A stretch of DNA of 64,000 nucleotides from Somniosus microcephalus (Eukaryota), in assembly GCA_052327205.1 (NCBI GenBank), contig CM126205.1, positions 245,582,001 through 245,646,000 of the forward strand, read 5' to 3'. The notes under the pieces were generated by a model. The model was not told the DNA's origin and did not search any database. It saw nothing but the letters and a program-made list of their open reading frames with translations. This document shows, piece by piece, positions 11,723 through 23,400 of this stretch (positions are counted from its first letter, which is position 1; each line of letters opens with the position of its first letter). A program made the translations under genes and the position numbers.

Positions 11723-13358
11723 AACCAATTCGGCGACTAATTCCAAAATGGAAAAGTAGTTTAAAAAGCTGCAGTTCCAAGCTAGCCCCAAAGAGTTAAT
11801 GACGTGCAATATTAATAAATAAGAAAATAAAATCCAGGCAAAGCGTTTGTTAAATAATGTAATTGTTTGGCCATTGAAAAATAATAGAAGTCGTTTCCTT
11901 ATAGCTGGTAGGTGGTAGCAAACATTTATATTTGCATTGTTCGGCAGTGGGAGCAACATGGATCAGCATGCAGAGCTGGTTTGTGCATACAGTCTACAAG
12001 GCAGAAGTTACTATTTGTTACTGTGTTTATGAACCCTTCGTATTTCACAGAGATTTTATAGGAAACAGTTTGTACCGATCCGCTCCAGCTAACATTACTA
12101 AGTGCCCCAGCGTGAATCAATAATTGCTCCAGATGCTAATAATTTGAACTCACCACTAACAAACCGCAGGATGTTATAACAAATATCACCCGGCCTAAAC
12201 AATTCCTAAATCTAATCAAATACAATTTATACATGATAGCACAAATATTGGTTTATTCCAAAGCGTTTTCCACTCATTGTTATTTTCATAAAATGATAGC
12301 AGCCCAGGAAAATAACGATTGTTTGTTCTATTCTAATCTCTCCCATTTCCTAGGAGCTGGATCAAATAATACTGTCGACAGTATGCTTCAAAATCTCATT
12401 ATACCACCAGTCAATTGGATTGTCATATGCAGGGACAAAAACATACAATTTAATCTGCCAGCTAATCAGGATTCCCTTTGCCTCGAACATGTCTAAGGTG
12501 GTTTCTAAACTCTAGTGCATTGCAGGTTCCTTACTTTGCTGTCCCCACTGTCCCTGCAGTGCCACCGCGTTGTGTGTTAAAGGCTGAAGGGCACGGGGTC
12601 AGGCTGAAATCATTTACAAACACCTCGGAAAGTTGCATTATAATTTTCACTTTAGCGACCGCCACACGCTGAACCTTTTCTAAGCGTGTGAACCTTTCCG
12701 AACTAACTGTTCAGCTAAGCTTACAGTAATTCTATCCTTATCTCGCTAGTTAAAAAAAACAGACACACGAGAGGCAGGCTGAGAACAATTATAAACGTAC
12801 GCCAACGAAAATGAGTAAGTTTGTTCGACAATACAAAGATTACACTTCAATGCTTTGAGATGAATTGATTAACAATGTAACACTGAAGCTGGACTTTTTG
12901 ACAGTAAACGGTATCTTCACTTATTTATTTCTCTGCTGTTTCTGTCGAGTACGACAGACAAAGGTTTCGGGTTATCTACGTTTTATTGCAGAGCAGCCAA
13001 ACTAATCCTCTACAAATGTTCAATCTTATATTTAATATCTCAGTAAGTTGATGTTTTGATTATTTTACTTTTGTAAAACATCCATAACGTCGCTAAAAGT
13101 TTGATCTGATTTACCTGTGATTTTTTTTTCGTTTACCCCAGTGCATTAGGAAAGAAAAGAGCTAAACAGTTTTCGACAACCAATGGCGCCAACGAAAGCA
13201 CCAGCAGTGAATTCTGCTTTTAAAAGCCTTTTTGCAAAGAAAATACCAGATATCGTTACATCATCCGATAATTCGAAAGCCAAATCTCTTTACAGTTCAA
13301 ATTATCGCACATTGTGAAGCTGATTGGTGCTACACATTTTAATATTTGTTAGACGCTG

Positions 13359-13375
13359 TGACCTGCATTTCACCT
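13359..13375 (-). promoter_or_regulatory. HoxD4 5' DR5 RARE (AGGTGA aatgc AGGTCA)
   Basis: Matches the recalled mammalian Hoxd4 upstream RARE including the spacer, ~3.1 kb upstream of the ATG. An extra inverted AGGTCA lies at 13397-13402. Confidence 0.88.
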
Positions 13376-16300
13376 TACTGCTCGACTCGTTCAGACAGGT
13401 CAATGCCAAAGAGTTATTGATGAACAAACCCGATTAAAATTCACCTCTTTTTCTAACTGCCCACACAAGTGCTGCGACTTTTGATCTAGCAGATTTTGAC
13501 CTAGAGAATGTCAATGCAAAGTAAGTGTTTGGGAAGTGAACCCTATATTTATTCATAGATTCAGTGGTTCAGTGAAAGCTATTATTGTCATCAGTCTGCT
13601 AAGGGCTTTCCTACGTATAAAAACAACGATTTTAAAAACAAAATTGAATTTTTAAAAAGTTCACCTTTCTAGTGACCCAGAAAGCCATTTTCTTGCAGAA
13701 GTCCGCTCAGTATAAGCAAGACTGTTTTGCTTTTCAGTAGCAATTGCCCTTGATTATTTATCAACGCCTAAAGATTCACATTGTAAAACTTAGTGCTGAA
13801 ACGAAGGATCCATGGCGCTGGTCCATTGCTTTGCGAATACCGGTTAAACATTATCTGGATCTATTTAAAGTGAGTCCTTGTTTGACATTTATCTCGTGGC
13901 ATAGTATGCTATTGCTTGGAGGACAATAGTGTTGGATATTGTGTATAAAGATAGACTAGTATCTGTGAATGTTTGCATTTGACAACCTAGCAGTGATTCT
14001 AATGATCTGAAGTGAAGGAGCAATAGCAGACCTAAGGTGAAAGAAACATGTACAGTCCCTGGTGTAGAGAAGACAGAATCTGAACATTTGTATTATTGGC
14101 TTGTGATAGCCAAATAGTAATCCAAATCGATGTTTTACAGTCCCTTTGAAATGGTAAGGGTTGAACCTTTCTAATTTGACGTGTGACATTCTCGGTTTTG
14201 GTTACTTTGATATTGCTAGCTTTCCCTTAAATGTACAATTTTAAAATAATAGCGTCAAATTATCCTCGTGTACCTATTAATAAAGCATTTCATTTACTGT
14301 ATCTTTCATAGTTAACAAACGACAAGAAACTACTGAAAAATGCTCCCATTTAAAAAGTAACGAAATTTTACAATAAGTAATATATGCTTTTAATGAATAA
14401 TTATTCTACCAACGACCTGGCCAACCTTTACAAAAATCACTATGAAATCATAAAAGGCAAGCCTAGCCAATAGATAATACAAGAAAAGAAACACCGTGCT
14501 TTAGTTAAACGAATAGTTCATTTGATGCTGTGGCAGCCACAAGGCTTGATTTTTGGCCTACATGTTTACAGTGGCTGTAATATCTGGAGAGCTTTAATAT
14601 TTGCTTTATCCAACATGCCTCTGTTGACTCATTAAGAGTACACTTTAAATATCTACTATAATTATTGCCACGTCATTCGCCAAAGCGTTTTTACAGATGT
14701 TGTTGAAACCGGAACAATAACTTTCCTCCAAATGACCTTTTAGAGATACAGCCTTGCACTGGGAGGCGCTGTGTTGTGCATTGCCAGTTCAAAATAACAA
14801 GCCAGCTAAATCTGACCCTGGATCTACACTGTCTTAGTTAATTAGAGTTAAGCACAATTATATTTTAACTGATTTTACTCTGCACCTATAAGGATCCTAT
14901 TCCTTTCAGGGAAATTGAATGTAACAACATCATTTCTCCCACATCATTATACAAATTAAACAGAGAATCACAAAGAACGCAAGCTGCACACAACAATTAC
15001 TATTAGAATCATTTCAGAATCCAAGCTACTGCTCCCTTTAGACCCACAATCTGACCATCTAATTTTCCATACAAACCACATTCGAAACAACCAACCGCTT
15101 CCAACTATTGTCCATATTGTTAAGAAATAACACATAGCTACTTACTGAAGCGCCTCCTCCATTCTGTCAGATCTGCAATAAAATTTAAAAAACAAAGTTA
15201 GATTCAACAGTTTAGACTAAGTGAATCACAGAATAAAGATAGCATTCAGTACAAAATATACACCTTTGTGCACTTTCTGATCCAAACTAATATTAAAGTA
15301 ACTGAAATGTTGTTAACTTCATCTTTAAGAGTTCAGGTACGTGGTCGTCATAATTTTATTTTCAAAGTCAAAGATTTTCACTGTGATCCACAACGTAACT
15401 TATGCTACCATTAGAACTGCGGGTCTGTATTTTTATAGTGCAGCATTTTAAGCAAAAATTCGATGATTTATATACTGCGAAGTTTATTTTTGCCCTACTA
15501 ATTGACGTGGCACTACCAGTTTCTCTTTACGTTGTTTAAGACTAGGAAACCCCAAGTAATGTTATTTCAACACTGGTTTTAGACTTTCCTAGCCGTTAAC
15601 AGTGCCTGACGATGTGCATTTTAATCTTCTTTCATGAGTTAATGTGACCATTGATTGAACTTTTAAAATAATTCTATATGAATAAAATGTCGATTTGTAA
15701 TGAGAAGCAACATTAATAAAAAGTCCTCTGTCGGCCGTAATCCATTCCCAAACAGTTTCATGTACAACTTGGCAAGTCTTTTTTCTCGGTGTTCTGTTTG
15801 TTATTCTTGTCAGTTGCAGATTTTATTGAAAATTTATAGCAGAAAAAGCTTGCACTCGCGGTGATGCTCTACCTCGTTAACTTCGAAGAATTTCCAAATC
15901 TTTATATTTTTCTCTTATTAAAAATAGTTTTAAAATTATCCATTAAACTGAAGTTGGTGGAAAAGGTCATAATGCGCCAGACTTTTTCTTTTTAAAGAAA
16001 CTCTGATTATTTATAGGTGTATAGCACTTATTTTCAATCTTCAGTGTAAACATTCTTCATCTCAGCTTTTTGGGGTGAGCCTGCCCCGTGTCGTGTTTGA
16101 TATTTATTCAATCTTTATTGCTGTGAATATGGGGATTTGGGATCCTATCTTACACTGTTTATGATTTCAGTCTTCTCGCTCTCTCTCTTTAAACCTTACC
16201 ATGACATTCTACGTTTCATGTAACATTTGTGTAGGCCATAAGTAAATTCAATGTGTAACAGAAACAATACGGCTAGTTTATTTCGTATTGCATCACTATC

Positions 16301-19058
16301 TGCGAGACACAAAAATAGTTCAGTGAGAATTCCAAACTAGATCTCGCCAGCTGCAGTGAATGTTCTTCCTGCACCTTTAACATTGAAGATGTTTTCTTTC
16401 AGCAGATATTTGGAGAAAATGAAAGCTCGCCATTTTATACATTAAGCAGCATCTTGTTAGTCATTGTTCTATAATTCGAGTCCAAATTGTTACGAATGTG
16501 ATCGATTAGAAAACCCTTGGGACTCTGAACAGAACCGTGACATCTATAACCGAACAGATTATTTAAAATGTTATACAACCTCAGCAAATTAATATAGAGC
16601 AGGTTCAACAAAAGATATGCAGAAGATTTTATTTTTCTATAAACGTGCAGAATCGTTTCTTAAATTATTTCATATCTTCCAGGTATTTTTTCAGCCAGTC
16701 TCGCAGATTATACAGAAGCAATTTGTATTCTGTACACAGCTTTGCTCCACCGAGCTCCGTTTGAAAAAAAATCGACTTTCAACGTATAAAATTGTTACAT
16801 ATTAGGAAGGACTGTGTCGTTTATATTTTTCAGAGCTGGCTTAATAAAATATTATTTCTAATACATGTGATTAAGCAGCATGAGAGCTATTTGGTTTTGT
16901 AAAGAACCCTACTTGCAGTTGCTTAAAATATCAGATAAAATCTATTCTTTATTTCTTCATTGTCTTTAATCTAACAGTTAAACACAATTATGAAGCACAA
17001 CATTCTTCATGATTAAGCATTTGTAATTGTAGTTACAAATTTAGTAACATACTTAAAACATAATTTGTTTAGAATATTGCAATGTTATTTTCATAACTGA
17101 ATATTATTTCACATTCATCATAACAGCTAGTTGTTGAAATTGAACTCACGTCGTACTATCATTTCGTTTTTTTTGGCTGGCCAAGAAACAGTACATGCGC
17201 CCAAGAGCCCCGAATGACATCAGGTGTCACGCGTTCACCAGCCCTGTTACCGATTAGAAAGAACTTACTTGCTGCCTTTCCAGCGCAAAGGTAGAAGCCA
17301 CTAGGACACTGCCAATCCATACCGGTGGAACAGGACAGCTTGCTTCTTGGTGTCACTTTCCACAGACCCTCTCGAAAACACTAACCATCTGCACTTGTCT
17401 GCTCTTAACCTAATATATGATGTGAATTATATTTTGGCTTGTCAACTCCCCTAACCATAAAACAAAGTTTAATGGCATCACGTGCCCCTCTACAGCCAGT
17501 CAGGACCTGGCTCTGTGGCGTCCATATAAATAACCCTTAAACTTTAAAACTTTTATTCACTAAAGACAGCCATGTTCATCGAAATGTGCTCTCAGTAATA
17601 TAAAGCTAAACAACTGAGTACGCAGAGGACGCGTGCCTTGGAGAATAAGTTATCTATACTTTAAAACGCAGTCTGGGCATTTCTTATGCAACCACGGGGA
17701 TCTATTAGATTTGGTAAGTGTAAATACACTACATGTATACGTGACCGATAGCTGTGAAATAGAAATGGATCGATTGAGAATAAAAGCAAGGATTCCTTTT
17801 AACAGTTACGGCTTCCTATGACTTTGTTTCCCTATTTCTGTCGCTTCAACAGTCTATTATTTCCTGCTGCTTTCGTCATAAATGCTGGGTACAAAAACAT
17901 TCTCAGTGCAGTTATTCCTGCTAAATTATTCCATGCAATGGAAACTAATACGAAGTTGTTCATAAGCTCCATAGTTCTCCCAATCAAGTCCAACTAATGG
18001 ATTTATATATTTTCCTGAATATTTATAATGATAAATAGCCATTAATAAAAACATAAACTCGCATTATTCTTCCATTAGATAACAGTTTCTCAAATTGTCT
18101 TTTGAAAACGAACGTGTCTGTAGTATAGGTGCTGAGGTTTCTGACGTATGACTCATGTTCTTCTTAAAAAAGTTATTGGAATAAGTATCAGCTCGGCCAA
18201 CAGTTCTTGCCAAAAATAATAAAAGTATTTTTTAATTCAGAAAGCGTTCAAAGAGGGTTCAGTCTATGGAACTTTTATGAGTTCTGAAACATTGGGACCA
18301 GTATTTGGAGAACTCTGGTGTCAAACGAATACAGGGCAAGTGCGAAAGTGAGATGGCATTTGGTTCTTTCACAAGTGACCAATTGTTCGTGCCTTTATAC
18401 ACCCATTGCAGCTAAAACACCAGGTGAAACCTTTATTGGTAAAACTGGGTTTATTTCAATGTTGTAGACAAAAACACCACTTCTTTCATTTACATAGGAC
18501 AAAGGCAGACATTTAAACATTATATATGTACAGAATATACATGACAAGATATACCTGGGACCACAGCAACATTCGTGCCATAAACATTCCAAGCAATAAT
18601 CAAACAAAAAAATCACCTTTGATGTAAAAAGAGATGAAAGAAATAATATTTATCTAAGTTTATAAAATCTTATTAAATTAGAGTCTTAGCGAAGCTATAA
18701 TCCGGCATAGGATTTGTTTGTTCAGCAACCAGATATACAGCACAACTTCATTCTGTTCTCAGAGACAAATGGCTTGCTTGGCTACATTACGTCGGCTGAC
18801 CTCTTTTTTTCTCTTACGATCTAAATTTAGGCATGGATGTTATCATCAATATATAAAACATGATTTTAACATCTGTTGATGACAACTGATAAATTGTATT
18901 CTTTTCTTTATAAATTGATGACAAGACGTTGAACCCACACGAGAACAAGGTATTAACGTGTCTCATAAAGGAGCATTTAATGTGGCCAAGCAAGCTTTCC
19001 TATTGCAACTTAAAAGATCATCTGGATAGTAATATTAGAGCCAGTTAGGTGAAACCAG

Positions 19059-19310
<252 letters not shown>

Positions 19311-19698
19311 TTAAGAAAAAGTTAAAGATGCATTACTACACGCATCAATACAAACGAAAGTATGAAATCATACAGTTTCAGACAAATACGCCATAATGTC
19401 TGTATCTAGAATAAAATGTTTAATTATTCAGATATATATGTTAAAATATTTTAAACATATTTTAAACTTCAACGGAAAGCGTAAAGATGCATAACATGGT
19501 AAAGCTCCTGGCATAATTGCTATAATAATGCAAAGCAACAGTCTTATATTCCGATAGGATTCAAACTGCTGTACTTTTACAAATAGTCGTTATATACTTA
19601 GATCATGCTTGCTCAGTTATTCTGTTTCTTTATGTAAAAATTAATTCGATCAGGATTAAAATGTATGTCAAAAGGCAGAATGACGGCAGTGAGCGTAC

Positions 19699-20206
19699 CT
19701 TGGTTAAGGTGGAGCTTTTTCATCCAAGGGTATATCTGCATCTGCTGTGCTGGATCCTTGTCTAGTTGCCCACCTTCTGGTTTGGGGCTGTTCGTCCCCT
19801 TTTGATGCTCATCGGTAACCGGCGATGGGTCCTGGCTACCGCTGTATGAGTGACTGGGCTCTGTGATAGTAGCCCCCGTCTTAATAGCACTGTCTGATGG
19901 GCTTATTAAAGATCCCGAGCAGAAGGCAGGATCAGGAGACTTAGTTCTCACACCAGATGAGCTATGAAAGGTGTTACTTGCTGTTTGCAGGTAGTTAGTA
20001 GACCTTTCACTGTCTCCACACAGATTTGAGTTAGAGCGAGTCATGCTGAGGTCTATCCCGGTGTAATCATAGCCATACCTGGCGGAGAGCATCGTCGACT
20101 CCCTGAAATGCTCGCCCACAGACGCAGCATTTCCATAACTCTGCAACTGATAATCGTGGCCATTTTGGTAGCGACCTGAGAAGGAGTTTAAAAAGTAGGA
20201 ACTCAT
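19699..20206 (-). CDS. HoxD5: Homeobox protein Hox-D5, coding exon 1
   Basis: ATG at 20206, [21 protein letters not shown] (PG5 N-terminus), hexapeptide [10 protein letters not shown], donor CAAG|GTACG at 19699/19698. Confidence 0.95.
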
Positions 20207-20269
20207 CTGCCTTTTAGGGGTTTGATTTGTGGTTCTTAGACGTTTATTCGCCACTAGACCGCGCGATAT

Positions 20270-20410
20270 ATAATGAAATATGGAAATAAAAGGCACATGT
20301 CATTTCTCTGCCTCCTACGTATGCAACCAAATATGGGACACAAGTTTAGATCACGTGCTTTTGTTGACCAGTCGTAAATTCTTGTGCCTGACCCTGGGGG
20401 TAATTCATGC
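20270..20410 (-). promoter_or_regulatory. Conserved Hox5 promoter block
   Basis: Minus strand reads GAATTTACGACTGGTCAACAAAAGCACGTGAT...CCCATATTTGG...TACGTAGGAGG, the motif string shared by PG5 promoters. E-box at 20352-20357. Confidence 0.7.
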
Positions 20411-23400
20411 AGTGAGAATACTTGCTGTGATTTAGCGAGCCTTGTCCTACAGCGCCTCCTGCTGGCAAACATGGAGAAAACCAGGCCCATAATCAACAAA
20501 GCAAAATTGAAAGAGGCTTTGACGTATACACACGGTTTGCTACGGTTCCTTCGGAATGGGTTCATTTTTTTTTTTAAATGGTTCAAGCTTTAAGTTAAGA
20601 GAATTGTTAGTTATGAAAGCTGCTTGCTGTTATCCGAAATTATGCATTATGTATCTGTCGACATGTATTGGAGAACACACGCAAAATATTTCTGTAAATA
20701 CAAAAACCCTGTTTAGTGATTTTATTAGTGTATGCGCTCGTGTACAGTACAGGTGTAAAGTGCTTGGCAGAATTGTCATATGTTGACGTGTTCTATACAA
20801 CTACATAGAGCCTTTAAGTTTTATGCGATGCTTTTATTATGGAATATTGTAGCACAATAATTCAACATATTTTGTAGCTCAATTAACACCTCTTTTTTCT
20901 AATTCAGCTGAATTAGAACATCTTTCTTTCGTATTAACTGTGTACTTGACCCCTTAGTTTGATTTTTACTGTAAATAAATAATTTGATTCGTGGCGAATT
21001 GCTTGATGGAAATAAATCATAAATATTCGCAGTAATTATTACTACTGAAAAAATCAGATTGCGATTTTTGCTCAAGCGGGTTGGGATTTTTAGATCATTT
21101 TTCTTGTGGGAAACGACGCCGTGGAAATTATTTTGATCGAAAAACTTAAATATACGGTTCACAGGCAACCTCTCCACACTTACACACACTGCCCGCGGCA
21201 CTAGAGTGATTGGAATGTATTGTTTTCGTAGAACACTGCGCATTAGTTTTATATCTTTACAGATTGTGCATTAAAAACCGGCTTTACAAAGTTTCCCATT
21301 AGCTTTTATTCGCAAATATATGGTCCGTCTTTTGGTGTCCCTTGCCCACTAAAGTCAGGATTCTACATAAAGTATTTGTTTTCTGTTGTCATCAGGTACT
21401 GGTTTAAGAAAGAAAGGATTGGCGCTATATGTTACTTTGTGACTGGTTAAGTCGACGCCGACACCAGTCTCGACAGAACAACATACCGAAAAGCTAAGCA
21501 GAAGTGTGTTATACACTTATTTTTATTTTCATTGTGCAATTCTTTGTGACCTTTATTGCAGTTTTCCCTTGTACAACCTACATTTTACACTATGGCGGGT
21601 GGTGGTATTTTCATAAGCCTCTGAGGTCTGATGTACACTCCAATATACAAGCTGAGGCCATTTAATTAATCCGTACCGAAGGAGAGTCTTCGCCAAATAT
21701 ATACAACTTTCGAAAACGAATGGTGCAGATTGCAGGGACTGCACCTTTGGTCCGGTGTCTTTCTGTGCAGGGATAGTTTCGCGGTGCAGTATTCTACTTT
21801 AAACAAATCGAACCAGTTCGATCTGGCTAGAAATGCAGGAAAACTGCGAGGGCAATAAATGTAATATTTGAAAAACGCATGTCTTTTCCGTTTTGATTAA
21901 TAGGCGGATTATAAATCCTAGAAACTGCTCCGGAACGGCGCAATTTAGAGCGGGATAATGATGGCAAAAAGCGACTGTAGTAATTCGGGCCTGAAGAACT
22001 TTACAAAAGTCCACCTATAATCGCAGTAATATTTAACACATGGGGATTACATTTATATGTTGCTGGTTGTTTTTTATAAAAAAGGGTGTTCCCATAACTA
22101 CTTGTGTAAGTGAATTATTAAGCAATAAAATAGGATTCTCCGGTTATTTGGCTGCCCCACCCCACACACACTTGGTTTTTCATACGAACCAATATTTGAT
22201 TTCTACGCTATGGCAGAAATATATTTACAGTATTTACTGCGTCGTCTTGTAGCGCTGTACAATCCAGGTATTTGTGCTCCTTTGCCTGATGCTTATCACC
22301 GGAGTATTTAAGAACAGGAGCACTAAAGTATTGCAAAATAATTCAAGCCCAAGCATATTCCAAAGAAAATATTATGCAGTCAGGAACTGTATAAACAGGG
22401 CCCAACGTCCACTGTTTTCAGCGCCAGAGTTAGAACGTCAGCCTTAAAACTGCATAGTTCCGAGTTATTGGGATGGTTTCAGGATTACAGTTTCAGTGTA
22501 GGCCTCGATTGAAAGTGTAGTCATTCTAGATACTACATCATCTACTACAACTTATAGCGTGCGATTCGTTAAGCTTAAGTACAAGAAAATGTAATATTTT
22601 AGCAAGTATATTTGAGATAAAATGCCATAATATAGGGTTTGGTTTTAGCTGCCCCTTGTAAACTTTGATTTGTGTGCCTCCCTTGTAATTCTCAGCTAAG
22701 AACGTACTCGCTACACAGTCCAACTGACTCTGTCTAACGCTCGTAAATCTAACCTTGCCGCAGCCGCCTGACAGTCGGTGGAAGAAATATTGTCTTTGTC
22801 CCGTACTAACAAATCAGGCCGCTCTTATAGAGCACCCGATTGAATAGTATGGTTTCTAGTGCTGAGTGGAGCGAAAATAAAAATATATATATTTCCCAGG
22901 CTACTGCCCCTTTGTAACCCTGAAACTTTTGAAACAGAATGGCCAGTATTTAAACATTTTACCCTTACACTGGACGCGATTGTGGATCATGTTCATACTG
23001 TGGAATGAGCAAATCATTGCGTGCAGCACATACCAATTAATTTTTGTTGATTTTCACTTTACAGTGTGCTCGCCCTTGTAATAAATTCAGGAGAAGATCG
23101 CGGTTTGGAAATACGTTTGTTTGTCAACCCTGTGAGGAGTGAGCTGTCTCTGGAATCGCAATGGATTATTCCCGTTAAACTCCAGATTCAATCTGACGGG
23201 GAGTGTTTGGGTTATGAATTGCTTATATTTACAAATTTATGTTAAAAAGATTGGAAAAGCAGCATTATTAATTCAGAAGTGCTAAACGTTGTTGGTGATC
23301 AGATTTACTTTTGTCAGATGTTAATTGAAAAATGTTTCCATTAAATGGTGAATTATAATATTTTGCTATTGTTATATTGAAATAGTTTGGAAATGAAAAA

